61,319 bases of DNA from the NCBI GenBank assembly GCA_038891095.1, contig JAWAEV010000005.1:1-61319 (forward strand). Reading direction: 5' to 3'. Position 1 is the first letter of the stretch. Every line of letters begins with the position of its first letter. A model generated the notes under the pieces. The model did not search any database, had not been told where the DNA came from, and saw only the letters and a program-made list of their open reading frames with translations. This document shows, in pieces, positions 18,007 through 28,693 of this stretch. Source of the DNA: Candidatus Altiarchaeota archaeon (GTDB lineage Archaea > Altiarchaeota > Altiarchaeia > IMC4 > QMZM01). Position numbers and translations under genes: made by a program.

Positions 18007-18031
18007 TATCAGAAAATTTCACAAGTAACTT

Positions 18032-18454
18032 TCATTTTATCTTTGTTAGAAATTTTCCAAGAGAATTTTCAAATATAGTCGCTAAATATTCCTTTTCTGG
18101 CATATATCCATAAATGCGCCATACTCCGATCTCTTTCTTAATAAATTCATAACAAATCTTGTCTCCTTCATCAAAAAAATTCTTTTTTATATCCTTTTTA
18201 TTATTGAAAATATTCCCAATGCTGTATTTATCATCTCTATCAAATACAGCAGCCTTTTCAATTGCAATCTCCCTTTCCTGTGATATCTCATCATATGCAA
18301 TTCTTAAGGCATTTCTGAATCCAAAAAGTAAAGTGCTACAGTCAAATTTAGCATTCTTCCTTTCCAAATTTCTTATGTAACTTTCGATAAATTTCTCACA
18401 TGACGCTCTGAAATTTTCCCTTAAAAAATCATACTTAGAAACTTTTATTTCCAT
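18032..18454 (-). CDS. Hypothetical protein
   Basis: 140-aa ORF with genome-typical composition; no motif recognised. Confidence 0.55.
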   Translation of the reverse strand: MEIKVSKYDFLRENFRASCEKFIESYIRNLERKNAKFDCSTLLFGFRNALRIAYDEISQEREIAIEKAAVFDRDDKYSIGNIFNNKKDIKKNFFDEGDKICYEFIKKEIGVWRIYGYMPEKEYLATIFENSLGKFLTKIK

Positions 18455-18521
18455 TTTTGTAGTAAAGAGTTAAAATATTTTTAATGTAAGTATAAATACT
18501 TTTCTCTTTTAATTTCTAATA

Positions 18522-18944
18522 ATGTTAAGGCTAATTTTCATTGGAAAAACAAGAGAAAAATTTTTAAGAAATGGTCTATCTGAATTTCTGAAGAGACTTC
18601 AAAAGTTTAATGTAGAGATCATAGAGATTGATGATGCTAATATTGAAGATGAGGCTAAAAAAATTCTTTCTATTACTAAAAAAAATTTTCTTGTTGTACT
18701 TGATGTTAATGGGAAAGAACTATCCTCTGAAGAATTTGCAAAGTTCATAAAGGAAAATTTTAGTGAAAAAATTTATTTTGTTGTTGGCTCACATCATGGA
18801 GTTCCTGGTGAGTTATTAAAACGGGCTAATTTTAAAATTTCACTCTCAAGAATGACATTCACGCATGAGTTAGCAAGGCTAATTCTAATTGAGCAAATTT
18901 ATAGAGCATTTATGATAATTCAAGGCAGAAAATATCATAGATAA
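18522..18944 (+). CDS. rlmH: 23S rRNA pseudouridine-N3 methyltransferase (SPOUT)
   Basis: GKELSSEEFA, SLSRMTFTHELARLILIEQIYRA, YHR terminus. Confidence 0.92.
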   Translation: MLRLIFIGKTREKFLRNGLSEFLKRLQKFNVEIIEIDDANIEDEAKKILSITKKNFLVVLDVNGKELSSEEFAKFIKENFSEKIYFVVGSHHGVPGELLKRANFKISLSRMTFTHELARLILIEQIYRAFMIIQGRKYHR

Positions 18945-18974
18945 AAATAAAAAATAAAAAAAGAAAAGGGGAGG

Positions 18975-20078
18975 CTATATTGAACTTATTCCCCACTGAT
19001 CTATTTCTTTTGTGTAAACATAAGCACTGCCAACATCTCTCAAACTTGAACCTAAGATATGAGGTGACTTTACTCCTGTCATTATGCAAATAACTTCATA
19101 TTTGTCTTTCATATTTTTGTTAACTCTTGCTCCCCATGTAACATTTGCATTTGGGTCCATCTCTTTTGTTATAAGCTCGCCAATTTTATTTGCGTCACCA
19201 ATCGTCATATCTTCGCCACCTGTAATGTGTATTAAGGCTCCTGTTGCGCCTTTGTAATCAACATCAAGTAACGGATGAGCTAATGTATTTTTAACTGCTA
19301 AGTTTACTCTTTCTGGGCCTTCACCATCACCAACAGAAATTACTGAAATTTTACCTCCGCCCAAAACTGATTTAATATCTGCAAAGTCAAGGTTTATCAA
19401 GGATGGCTCATAAATTGTGTCAGTTATTCCTTTTACTGCCCTTGAAACAATCTCATCAGCGACTAAGAAAGCTTTATCTATTGCTAAATTTGAAAAATAT
19501 TTCACAAGAAGGTTATTGTCAATTATTATAATTGTATCAGCGACCTTCCTTAGATTGTCAATTCCCTGTCTTGCTTTATCTAACCTAGAGCGTTCCATCA
19601 TAAATGGAAATGTCACAAATGCAACAACTATTGCACCAGCATCTTTAGCAATTTCTGCAATTACTGGCAATGAACCTGTACCTGTACCACCGCCCATACC
19701 TGCTGTTAAGAATATTAGATCAGTTCCAGCAAGAAGTTTCTCAAGTTCTGGCTTGCTTTCCTCAGCAGCTCTTTCACCAACTTCAACAAAGCCACCTGCA
19801 CCTAAGCCACGAGTTAACTTCTGACCTATTAAAACTTTTGTTATTCCCTGATCAAGTTTCTTTAGATCTTGTGCATCTGTATTCACTGCAATCAATTCAA
19901 CACCCTTTGTAATTCCTATTCTAGAAAGTCTATTTATTGTATTTCCACCGCCACCACCAGCACCTAAGATCACTAATCTAAGTCTATCTGGGGAGTTCAG
20001 TTCTAAATCTTTTTCTCTTTTCAAATCTTCCTTTTCCTTTTCAGCGTCCTTTAAAACATCTTCAACTAAAAATTTCAT
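18975..20078 (-). CDS. ftsZ: Cell division protein FtsZ (FtsZ2-like)
   Basis: GGGTGTG tubulin signature, NTDAQ, GLGAGG, INLDFAD. Confidence 0.97.
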   Translation of the reverse strand: MKFLVEDVLKDAEKEKEDLKREKDLELNSPDRLRLVILGAGGGGGNTINRLSRIGITKGVELIAVNTDAQDLKKLDQGITKVLIGQKLTRGLGAGGFVEVGERAAEESKPELEKLLAGTDLIFLTAGMGGGTGTGSLPVIAEIAKDAGAIVVAFVTFPFMMERSRLDKARQGIDNLRKVADTIIIIDNNLLVKYFSNLAIDKAFLVADEIVSRAVKGITDTIYEPSLINLDFADIKSVLGGGKISVISVGDGEGPERVNLAVKNTLAHPLLDVDYKGATGALIHITGGEDMTIGDANKIGELITKEMDPNANVTWGARVNKNMKDKYEVICIMTGVKSPHILGSSLRDVGSAYVYTKEIDQWGISSI

Positions 20079-20445
20079 TTTTCCATGTTTATCTCTTTTT
20101 TAAATTTTTTTTAAAATTTTAAAATTTTTAGAAAATCCAAAATAAAGAAAATGAAAAATGAATATGAACAACGATCTTAAAATGAGAAATGAGAAAAATG
20201 AAATACAAGTAAATATTAATGAATTTGAGTATAAAAAGTAGTAGGTTTTTTCTTATGGCCTTTACGCAATAAGGAAAAAATTAAGTAAAGCAAAAAAAAT
20301 AGCAAATTTTAAGTAAAAATTGGAAATTTTTTGCAGAGATTCATTGAACACAATGTATGTGATGCGTTTTTTCTTAGTTTCTTAATTTTTCTGGAATTAA
20401 CTTTTTATCTGATTTGCAGATATAATTAAAGGATATAACAAAATT

Positions 20446-21474
20446 ATGAAGATTATAAAGGGGCTATCTAAAATTTTTAATTATATGACACAGCACATCC
20501 AAATTAAAGAAAAATATGCAAAAAACACTGCAGGTAGAGTTCTCACAAGTGCTGTTTTAAAGGCCACCCCAGATGAGAAAATTTCAGAGGTATATGGGAG
20601 GCTTGAAAGGGAATTAGAGAGAATAGATATATTGGACTATGTATATGTTGTTGATAATGAGAATAAACTAATTGGCGTTTTCTCATTTAAGGAATTTTTT
20701 TCCAACAAGGATAAACTTGTAAGGGAGGTTATGAAGACTGATATTATAAGTGCTTCTCCACACTTACATCAAGAGAAAGTTGCTCACAAGGCATTGCGCC
20801 ATAACCTAAGAGCAATTCCCATTACAGAGAAGGGCTATTTTTTGGGTGTAGTGCCGTATGATAAAATTCTTTCAATTATTAACAAAGAGGCTCATGAAGA
20901 TTTTCTACATTTTGGTGGAATTCATAAGGAACATATGAAGTTTGAAAGCATTCTTGAAGTGCCATTAGTTACAGGAATTAAACACAGGCTTCCTTGGCTA
21001 TTAATCGGACTTATTGGCGGTATTTTCGCTGCGAAGATTATTGGTTTCTTCGAGAAAACTCTTGAAAAAAATTTAATTTTAGCTGCTTTTATACCATTAG
21101 TAGTTTATATCAGCGATGCTGTTGGAACTCAAATTGAAACTGTTTATGTAAGAGATCTTTCAATTCTTGAAAATTTACCAATGAAAAAATATATGTTAAA
21201 GCATTTAACTATAACAATAGCACTTGCACTTATTTTTAGCAGTGTCTTCTTTCTATTTTGTTTTCTTATCTTAAACTTGGGTTATTTAAGCTTTGTTATC
21301 TCTCTTTCAATATTTGTTGCAATTAGCTTAGAAACATTTATTGCTTTAGTTACTCCATATATTTTAAAGAAATTTAACTTTGATCCTGCTATTGGTAGTG
21401 GACCATTCACAACTATTGTCTCTGATGTAACAAGTGTTATTGTCTATTTTCTGATTTGTTCATCACTCTTGTAA
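20446..21474 (+). CDS. mgtE: MgtE-family magnesium transporter (CBS pair plus TM domain)
   Basis: YVYVVD CBS, RLPWL, FDPAIGSGPFTTIVSD; true start may be ATG 20485. Confidence 0.88.
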   Translation: MKIIKGLSKIFNYMTQHIQIKEKYAKNTAGRVLTSAVLKATPDEKISEVYGRLERELERIDILDYVYVVDNENKLIGVFSFKEFFSNKDKLVREVMKTDIISASPHLHQEKVAHKALRHNLRAIPITEKGYFLGVVPYDKILSIINKEAHEDFLHFGGIHKEHMKFESILEVPLVTGIKHRLPWLLIGLIGGIFAAKIIGFFEKTLEKNLILAAFIPLVVYISDAVGTQIETVYVRDLSILENLPMKKYMLKHLTITIALALIFSSVFFLFCFLILNLGYLSFVISLSIFVAISLETFIALVTPYILKKFNFDPAIGSGPFTTIVSDVTSVIVYFLICSSLL

Positions 21475-21960
21475 ATCAACTGGTTCTTCTCTCAATTTCA
21501 TATAAATGCTTTTATCCTCTCCTAATCTGTCTTTTTCATCTAAGATTCTGTAAATTTGAAAACCAAATTTTCTATAAAGAGAAATCGCAACTTTGTTTGT
21601 TAACCATGTTCTTAAAATAACTCTTTTTGATTTTATTATATTTCGGAGAGCTAATTCCATCATCTCAGTCCCATGACCTTTCCCACGATATTCTTTTGCA
21701 ATTGCGATATATTTTATAACTTGCTCTCCATTACTATCCTTATAAAACATTACCACGCCAATTATTTTTGGGAAAAACAAAAAAAATTTATATTTTTCAA
21801 GAAGGTATATATTGTAATTTTTCTTTAAGATATCATCGAAGTATTTTTTCAAACCTCCTTCTCTACTGTCTATTGGAGGTTTAAAATCTTTATCGACTGA
21901 TTTCATAAAGTTCAGAACCTTCTTATAGTCTTTGGATTTGTACAACCTAATTGTTAGCAT
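21463..21960 (-). CDS. GNAT family N-acetyltransferase
   Basis: IAIAKEYRGKGHG, N..AISLYRKFGF. Confidence 0.88.
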   Translation of the reverse strand: MLTIRLYKSKDYKKVLNFMKSVDKDFKPPIDSREGGLKKYFDDILKKNYNIYLLEKYKFFLFFPKIIGVVMFYKDSNGEQVIKYIAIAKEYRGKGHGTEMMELALRNIIKSKRVILRTWLTNKVAISLYRKFGFQIYRILDEKDRLGEDKSIYMKLREEPVDLQE

Positions 21961-22047
21961 TTTACTAACTATATAGTGAAAATTTATGAAATGTTAAAAA
22001 GTTAGATTTTTTATCTATTATACTAAATTTGGGAATATCTTATTAAA

Positions 22048-23112
22048 ATGTTAATGGAAGAAGTTAAAAAAAGAAAGGAAAATTTAAAAATTTTTATTGA
22101 GAAAAATAAAATTCCTGCAATTTTGATAACTAATAAGAGGAATGTTTTCTATCTAACTGGAAAGCCATTTGGAAATTTGCTTTTAACTAAAAATTTAGAG
22201 TTGCTTTTTTTAGATGAATTGCATGGAAAAATACATAATGAATTCTACCATCAGAAAGGGTATGCCTTTGAAATTTCTCTTATTGAGAAGGATAAATTTT
22301 TTAAAAAATTAATCGCCATTTTAAATGAAGGAAGAGTAAAAACTCTTTTTTTAGATAATACCAACTCTGAATTCTTAAGAAATTTAAAAAGAAAATTAAA
22401 AGTGAATTTAAAAACAACTGAGATTGTAAGAGAAATGAGGGCAATTAAGTCTGAATATGAAATTTTCTCTCTAAGGAAATCTGCGAACATTGCAAAAAAA
22501 GTTATGAAAAAAGCGTATAGCATTATAAGAGAAGGTGTTAAAGAGACAGACGCAATTGCAGAGATAGAAGCTATGATAAGAAAACTTGGCTCTGAAGAAC
22601 CTCCATTTGGGAATGGTGCATTACTGTCATCTGGCAAAGACTCAGCAGAAATTCATCCAATTTTAAGAAAAGGTAAAAAAATAAAAGAAAACTGCTTTGT
22701 TGTTTTAGATTTAGGAGCAAAAATAAATGGCTATTATTCTGACATGACAAGGACGATGAAAATTAGTGATCTAAGCACTGAAGATGAAAAAATTTTTGAA
22801 TTTGTAAAAAATCTTGAGATTGAAATTATTGATAAAGTTGATGATGGCATTAAGGCAAAGGAACTTCACAAATTTGCTGAAAATGAAATAAAAAAGTTAG
22901 GCTATAAATTTTATCATTCCTTAGGCCATGGTATTGGTTTAGATGTACATGAACTTCCAAATTTATCTTCTGATTCAAAAGATGTCCTTAGCAAAGGAAT
23001 GGTTTTTACAATAGAACCTGGGATTTATATTCCAAAAAAATTTGGTGTGAGATTTGAGGACATGATACTTTTAAATAAAAAAGGTAAAGCTGAGATTCTA
23101 ACAAAAATTTAA
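22048..23112 (+). CDS. Xaa-Pro aminopeptidase (M24B)
   Basis: DLGA, YYSDMTRT, HSLGHGIGLDVHE, TIEPGIY, GVRFED. Confidence 0.93.
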   Translation: MLMEEVKKRKENLKIFIEKNKIPAILITNKRNVFYLTGKPFGNLLLTKNLELLFLDELHGKIHNEFYHQKGYAFEISLIEKDKFFKKLIAILNEGRVKTLFLDNTNSEFLRNLKRKLKVNLKTTEIVREMRAIKSEYEIFSLRKSANIAKKVMKKAYSIIREGVKETDAIAEIEAMIRKLGSEEPPFGNGALLSSGKDSAEIHPILRKGKKIKENCFVVLDLGAKINGYYSDMTRTMKISDLSTEDEKIFEFVKNLEIEIIDKVDDGIKAKELHKFAENEIKKLGYKFYHSLGHGIGLDVHELPNLSSDSKDVLSKGMVFTIEPGIYIPKKFGVRFEDMILLNKKGKAEILTKI

Positions 23113-23121
23113 ATTTAAGCT

Positions 23122-23484
23122 ATGATAAGAAAAAAAGGGAAAGAGATTCAGAGACAGATTGCATTGGAAAGAATAAAAATTTTGTTTGATTTAGCAGAGA
23201 AAGTCGCTTTGCAAGATGGGGATTTAGAATTGGCCAATAATTATGTAAAAAAAGCTCGCGCAATCGCAATGCGTTGCAATGCAAGAATTCCTTCCATGTT
23301 GAAAAGAAAATTCTGCAAATTTTGCCATATCTATCTTTTGCCTGGTAAAACTTCAAAAGTTAGGATAAATTCTGCAAAAAAAAGAGTTTCTGTGCAATGT
23401 CTGAATTGCAAGAGAGAAATGTATTTTCCGTATATCAAAGAAGTGAAGGAAAAAAGAAGAATGAAAAATGTCACTCATAAATAA
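23122..23484 (+). CDS. rnp4: Ribonuclease P protein component 4 (Rpp21)
   Basis: IALERIKILF, KRKFCKFC, CLNC. Confidence 0.92.
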   Translation: MIRKKGKEIQRQIALERIKILFDLAEKVALQDGDLELANNYVKKARAIAMRCNARIPSMLKRKFCKFCHIYLLPGKTSKVRINSAKKRVSVQCLNCKREMYFPYIKEVKEKRRMKNVTHK

Positions 23485-24328
23485 ATTTGACCCTTGGAAC
23501 TCAAAACTCTGCACCTGTCCTAAAAAACTATCATTGAATGTTTATACTGGTTGCTCTCATTCTTGTTTATATTGCTATTCCTCATCATACATAAAAAATT
23601 TTTTCAGGCCGAGAGTTAAAAAAAGTTATCTGAAAAGATTGAAAAGTGAAGTTAAGAAGTTAAATAAAAATTTTACTCAACCTATTTCAATATCAAATTC
23701 TTCTGATCCTTATATCCAAATGGAAAAAAAGTTTAAATATACTAGAGAAACTCTAAAATTTCTTGAATCACATAAAAAATTGATTGTAACAAAATCTGAC
23801 ATAGTTAAGAGGGATATTGACCTTTTAGCTGAGAAAAGTGTTGTTGCAATAACTATAACAACATTAGATGAGAGAATTTCAAAAAAAATTGAGCCAAATG
23901 CCCCAAAGCCAAAAAATCGCTTATATGCATTGAAAAAAATTTCAGATGCGGGAATTCCAACTGTAATAAGAGTTGACCCAATAATTCCCTATCTAAATGA
24001 CTCCTGTGGAATATTAAATGAACTAATTGAAAAAGCATATAATTCAGGAGTTTTGCATGTAATTTCATCAACATATAAAGTTAGAGCAGATAATTTTAAA
24101 AGAATGTGTAAAGCATTTCCAGAATTTTCAGAAAAATGGTATGAACTTTACTTTAAAGAAGGAGGATGGATCCATGGAAGTTACTACTTAAAAGAAAATT
24201 TAAGATTTGAAATTATGAAAAAAGTTAAAGAAATTTCCCAAAAATTCGGATTAACATTCTCGTGCTGTAGAGAAGGTTTTCCTTTCTTGAACAGCAAAAC
24301 TTGTGATGGCTCATCTCTATTAAAATGA
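23468..24328 (+). CDS. Radical SAM protein (SPL-like family)
   Basis: YTGCSHSCLYCY, SSDPY, TKS, extra CTC and CCREG...CDG. Confidence 0.85.
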   Translation: MSLINKFDPWNSKLCTCPKKLSLNVYTGCSHSCLYCYSSSYIKNFFRPRVKKSYLKRLKSEVKKLNKNFTQPISISNSSDPYIQMEKKFKYTRETLKFLESHKKLIVTKSDIVKRDIDLLAEKSVVAITITTLDERISKKIEPNAPKPKNRLYALKKISDAGIPTVIRVDPIIPYLNDSCGILNELIEKAYNSGVLHVISSTYKVRADNFKRMCKAFPEFSEKWYELYFKEGGWIHGSYYLKENLRFEIMKKVKEISQKFGLTFSCCREGFPFLNSKTCDGSSLLK

Positions 24329-24552
24329 AAAAAGAAATTCAGACAATAAATATAGGGAAGAAAGGAATTACTGATTCTTTAATAGATGAGATAAAATCTC
24401 GCTTAGAAAAACAGAAAATTCTTAAGATAAAAATTTTAAAGTCTGCAAGAGAAAATTTAAGCAGAGAAGAAATTGCAAAAGAAGTTGCAAATAAAGTAAA
24501 TGCTAAAAAGTTTAGGGTAATAGGCAATACATTTATTTTAGAAAAAGAGTAA
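24325..24552 (+). CDS. YhbY/CRM RNA-binding protein
   Basis: INIGKKGITDSLIDEI, KIKILKSA, VIGNTFIL. Confidence 0.88.
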   Translation: MKKEIQTINIGKKGITDSLIDEIKSRLEKQKILKIKILKSARENLSREEIAKEVANKVNAKKFRVIGNTFILEKE

Positions 24553-24555
24553 AAT

Positions 24556-24831
24556 ATGAAAATGCAAAAAAATTTAAAGAAAAAGGTTTCTCTGTATCTT
24601 GAGAAAGCAACACCATTATTTGAAAATATTCAGCTATGTAAACCTGAGAATTTTGATCTAAATAGGATAAGTTATGAATTTTATGAAATGGCAATTTGCT
24701 ATTACAAAGATGCGAAACACTTTTTCAGCAAGGGAGAATATGAAAATGCCTTAGCAGCTTTAGAATATGCTGAGGGTTGGTTGGATGCTGGTAGAAAATT
24801 GGGTATTTTTAAGATAAAAGAAAAGAAGTAA
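24556..24831 (+). CDS. DUF357 family protein
   Basis: YYKDAKHF...ALAALEYAEGWLDAG..LG. Confidence 0.85.
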   Translation: MKMQKNLKKKVSLYLEKATPLFENIQLCKPENFDLNRISYEFYEMAICYYKDAKHFFSKGEYENALAALEYAEGWLDAGRKLGIFKIKEKK

Positions 24832-24832
24832 T

Positions 24833-25855
24833 ATGGACAAAATTCTTGAAGATAAAAATTTTGATGAGGCTCTAAAATCTGCTAAGATTGAAGATGTAAA
24901 TTTTTTAATTGAAAAAGGAGTATCTCTACTGGAAAGTGACGATTCTGATTCTGTTGAAAAAGCAGAGAAAATTTTTAGAAGGATTTTAGAGTTGGACAAT
25001 AAAAATTTTATTGCACATAACAATTTAGGAGTTATCTTATTTAATAAAGGAAAATTTACAGATGCTGAAACTGAGTATAGAAGTGCAATAGAATTTGCTA
25101 CACAAAATAGTGATAAAGCTTATGAAGAAGGGAGTAATCTTGAAAGGAGAGGCGATTTTAACAATGCGATTAGATTTTATGAAGATGCTATTGAAACTTC
25201 TCTGAAAATTGCAGATTTTCATTACAATTTAGGAATTTTATTACATAGCGAGAAAAAATATAAAGAGGCATCTCAATGCTATAAACAATCAATTCAAGGC
25301 TATGTGAATTATGCTGAAGCATTAGCAAAATCAAAAATTTTTGATAACACTCAAAAAATCGAGAAAAAATTTTCCGATTTAAATTTGAGGCTTGCTGATA
25401 CTCACTATAACTCAGCTTTACTTTCTCACGAGCAAAAGGCATATAAAGATGCAGAGAGTGAGTATATGAAAACTATTAGTATAGTGATTAATGCAGTTGA
25501 GGAATTAACAAAAAGAAAAATTTCACTGCAAGATATAGAGAGCAAAGAGAGCATTGATATAGAAAAGAAAATTCTTAAATATAAAGCAAGGCTTATTGAT
25601 GCTCACTATAATTTAGGAATTTTACTCCATGAGCAGTCAATATTTGATAGAGCAGAAAATGAATATAAAAAAGTTATTGAATTAAATCCAAGGCATGAGG
25701 ATGCTTATTATAACTTAGGAGTACTATACCAACAGCAAAAAAAATATGAAGAAGCAAAAATTCAATACAAGCTAGTTTTACATATAAATCCAGGAAATTC
25801 ACTTGCAAAAATTAATCTTGAAACAATAGAGAAAAAAGAAAAGATTAAAATGTAA
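24833..25855 (+). CDS. Tetratricopeptide repeat protein
   Basis: Repeated AH(Y/N)NLG...A...Y motifs. Confidence 0.9.
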   Translation: MDKILEDKNFDEALKSAKIEDVNFLIEKGVSLLESDDSDSVEKAEKIFRRILELDNKNFIAHNNLGVILFNKGKFTDAETEYRSAIEFATQNSDKAYEEGSNLERRGDFNNAIRFYEDAIETSLKIADFHYNLGILLHSEKKYKEASQCYKQSIQGYVNYAEALAKSKIFDNTQKIEKKFSDLNLRLADTHYNSALLSHEQKAYKDAESEYMKTISIVINAVEELTKRKISLQDIESKESIDIEKKILKYKARLIDAHYNLGILLHEQSIFDRAENEYKKVIELNPRHEDAYYNLGVLYQQQKKYEEAKIQYKLVLHINPGNSLAKINLETIEKKEKIKM

Positions 25856-25862
25856 ATTTGAA

Positions 25863-26549
25863 TTAAATGTAGTTTGCTCTGTCTTTAACTTCTTTTGATT
25901 TCTGCTGTATTTCTGTTTTTATTTCTTCTAAGGATTTATGATCAGAAAATTTATTTAAAATTTCTCTACCTAACTCTATAACTCCTGGTATTGGATTAAT
26001 TGGCCATTGTTCTTTTGCTTCAACACCAATAAATGTTGCTATCTTTTTTGCTTTCTCAAATTCGTCTCTTTTTTTAGCAATTGATAGAGCATTTCCCAAA
26101 AGGCCCCACCTTTTTGAACCTCCGCCTTCATCAAAAAAGATTTTTCTACCGTTTTTTAATATAAACATAGAGTCGTACCTAAGAGAGCTACTTCCGCCTT
26201 TGCCATATATATAATAGTATTGAACTAAAATTGAATCAATTTCAGAAAAAGGAAAAGATTCTTCATCTCTTGAAAAAAGACTCTTTGATGATAGTGTTAC
26301 CAACCCTTTAGATTTATCAGCTATTATTAAAACTGTTCTTCTTGAAATAATTGCTAAAATACCAGAAAAAAAGAACATCAAAGCTACTAAGTAGAATACT
26401 AATAAGTCATTATAGGACTTATTTTTTGTTGGTACTAGAAAAAATAACAACAATGGAATAGCAATAAGTAAAATCCCAAGAAAAATTTGTGTGAAATTGT
26501 TATCTTTCATCACAAGCCTATAAGATTCCTCAATTATTTTCATCTCCAT
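25863..26549 (-). CDS. Hypothetical two-TM membrane protein
   Basis: Two hydrophobic helices then a beta-rich (PH-like) region. Confidence 0.6.
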   Translation of the reverse strand: MEMKIIEESYRLVMKDNNFTQIFLGILLIAIPLLLFFLVPTKNKSYNDLLVFYLVALMFFFSGILAIISRRTVLIIADKSKGLVTLSSKSLFSRDEESFPFSEIDSILVQYYYIYGKGGSSSLRYDSMFILKNGRKIFFDEGGGSKRWGLLGNALSIAKKRDEFEKAKKIATFIGVEAKEQWPINPIPGVIELGREILNKFSDHKSLEEIKTEIQQKSKEVKDRANYI

Positions 26550-26752
26550 TAAAATATAGAGCAGGGGAGTATATAAACTTTAGGTATTGAGGGATGCAGT
26601 ATCCTATCTTTCGCTATATTAATAGTATATTTCTTTTTTAACAATGATACCTCTTCTATTCTTTCAGGACTTCTTTAGTTAACTTAAGATAGATGCCTCA
26701 CAAGGATTTAATTTTCCCTAAGGACCCTCAAGGGCAATATACTTTAACAGCA

Positions 26753-26827
26753 TGCTCCCGTCGGGATTTGAACCCGAGTCGCCGGCTCGAAAGGCCGGTA
26801 TGATTGACCGGTCTACACTACGGGAGC
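26753..26827 (-). tRNA. tRNA-Glu (TTC)
   Basis: Reverse complement GCTCCCG...CCGGC-CTTTCGA-GCCGG...GGTTCAAATCC...CGGGAGCA; no encoded CCA. Confidence 0.95.
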
Positions 26828-26874
26828 ATCATATTATACTTTTAATTTGAATTTAATTAAATTTAAAAATAGAA

Positions 26875-27183
26875 TTATTTTGTCAATTCTATCTCAATTC
26901 TAATTCCGTCAGGAACTTGAACACGCATAATCTGCCTTAAAGAACGCTCATCTGCATCAACATCAATAATTCTTTTATGAATTCTCATTTCCCATCGATC
27001 CCATGTGTCTGTACCTTCACCATCAGGTGATTTCCTGCATGTGATTCTAAGTCTTTTTGTTGGCATGGGTATCGGCCCAGAAAAATTTGCGCCTGTTTTT
27101 TCTGCAACTGAAATTATTTGATTGCATACATTCTGTAACTCTTTCACATCTTTGCCTATTAGAATTATTCTCGCCTTTTCCAT
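26875..27183 (-). CDS. rpsJ: Ribosomal protein uS10
   Basis: [23 protein letters not shown]. Confidence 0.97.
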   Translation of the reverse strand: MEKARIILIGKDVKELQNVCNQIISVAEKTGANFSGPIPMPTKRLRITCRKSPDGEGTDTWDRWEMRIHKRIIDVDADERSLRQIMRVQVPDGIRIEIELTK

Positions 27184-27297
27184 TTTAATAAAAATGATAA
27201 TTGATTGTAAATTTGAAATTTAAAAATAGATGATAAAAACTAAAAATAAAACAAAAGAAAAAAATAAAGTAATAAAGTTATATTTTCTTTTTTTATT

Positions 27298-28572
27298 CTA
27301 TAACTTCTTTGGCACTACATCTATAACCATACCAGCAGCAATTGTTTGTCCCATATCTCTTATGGCAAATCTTCCCAATTGTGGGAAATTCTTTGCAGGC
27401 TCTATGCATAATAACTTCGTTGGTTTTAATTTTACAATTGCGACATCACCAGTCTTTAAAAACTGTGGCTTTTCTTCTATAGCTTGACCAGTTCTCGGAT
27501 CAACCTTCTTTATAAGCTCAGTGAAAGTACAAGCAACTTGAGCTGTATGTACATGCAGAACAGGAGTGTAGCCAACTGTTATTGCTGTAGGATGCTGCAA
27601 AACAACAATTTGGGCAGTAAATTCTTCAGCTACCGTTGGTATTGAATCTGGAGTCCCAACAACATCACCCTTCTTAACATCATTCTTGCTTATGCCCCTA
27701 ACATTGAAGCCAATGTTGTCACCTGGGACTGCCTGAGAAAGACTTTCATGGTGCATTTCTATTGTTTTGACTTCACCCTCAACTTTTGATGGCATAAAAA
27801 CAACTTTTTGACCAGGCTTCATGACACCTGTTTCAACTCTTCCAACAGGTACAGTACCAACTCCTGTGATAGTGTAGACATCTTGTATTGGCAGCCTTAA
27901 AGGTTTATCTATTAATTTCTCAGGTGGTTTTAATGCATCTAATGTAGCTAAGAATGTTTCGCCTTTATACCATTTCATATTTTCACTTTTTGTCTTTAAG
28001 TTATCTCCTTTATATGCTGATACTGGCACGAATGGTATCTGCTCCGTTTTATAGCCAATGCTACCTAATAATTTCTTAAGTTCTGAAACAACTGCATTGT
28101 ATTTTTCCTCACTGTAATTTACTGCATCCATTTTATTCACTGCAACAATAAATTGGTTTACTCCTAAGGTTTTTGCAAGAAAACTATGTTCCTTTGTCTG
28201 AGGTTGAACACCTTCTTTTGCTGAGCAAACTAAAACTGCTGCATCTGCTTGTGATGTGCCAGTTATCATATTCTTAACGAAATCTCTATGGCCAGGTGCA
28301 TCAATAATTGTAAAGTAATTTTTCTGTGTCTGAAATTTCCTATGAGCTATATCTATAGTTAAACCTCTTTCACGCTCTTCCTTTAGAGCATCCATAACCC
28401 AAGCAAATTCAAATGTTCCTTTACCTAACTTTTCTGCTTCTTCCTTATATTTCTTTATTGTTTGCTCACTGACCTCTCCAAGTTCGTATAATAAACGCCC
28501 AACTAATGTTGATTTTCCGTGGTCAACATGTCCTATAAAGACCAAATTTATATGTGGTTTTTCTACTGCCAT
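27298..28572 (-). CDS. tuf: Elongation factor EF-1 alpha
   Basis: [36 protein letters not shown]. Confidence 0.98.
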   Translation of the reverse strand: MAVEKPHINLVFIGHVDHGKSTLVGRLLYELGEVSEQTIKKYKEEAEKLGKGTFEFAWVMDALKEERERGLTIDIAHRKFQTQKNYFTIIDAPGHRDFVKNMITGTSQADAAVLVCSAKEGVQPQTKEHSFLAKTLGVNQFIVAVNKMDAVNYSEEKYNAVVSELKKLLGSIGYKTEQIPFVPVSAYKGDNLKTKSENMKWYKGETFLATLDALKPPEKLIDKPLRLPIQDVYTITGVGTVPVGRVETGVMKPGQKVVFMPSKVEGEVKTIEMHHESLSQAVPGDNIGFNVRGISKNDVKKGDVVGTPDSIPTVAEEFTAQIVVLQHPTAITVGYTPVLHVHTAQVACTFTELIKKVDPRTGQAIEEKPQFLKTGDVAIVKLKPTKLLCIEPAKNFPQLGRFAIRDMGQTIAAGMVIDVVPKKL

Positions 28573-28693
28573 TTTTCTACCTCTCTATAATTTATTGATA
28601 ATTTAAATTTTTTAAAATTTTTACATAATTACCTTACCTTTAATATTTTACTTCTAAACTTTAAAAATCATTAAAGAGCGATTAATACATGAG

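Noticed and set aside
20079-20445. cdrS-like gene upstream of ftsZ or Mg riboswitch upstream of mgtE
   Set aside because: No suitable ORF or structured GC-rich segment seen
26580-26745. Small hairpins downstream of tRNA-Glu as ncRNA or SECIS
   Set aside because: Stems of only 3-5 bp, no convincing motif, no UGA-interrupted gene nearby
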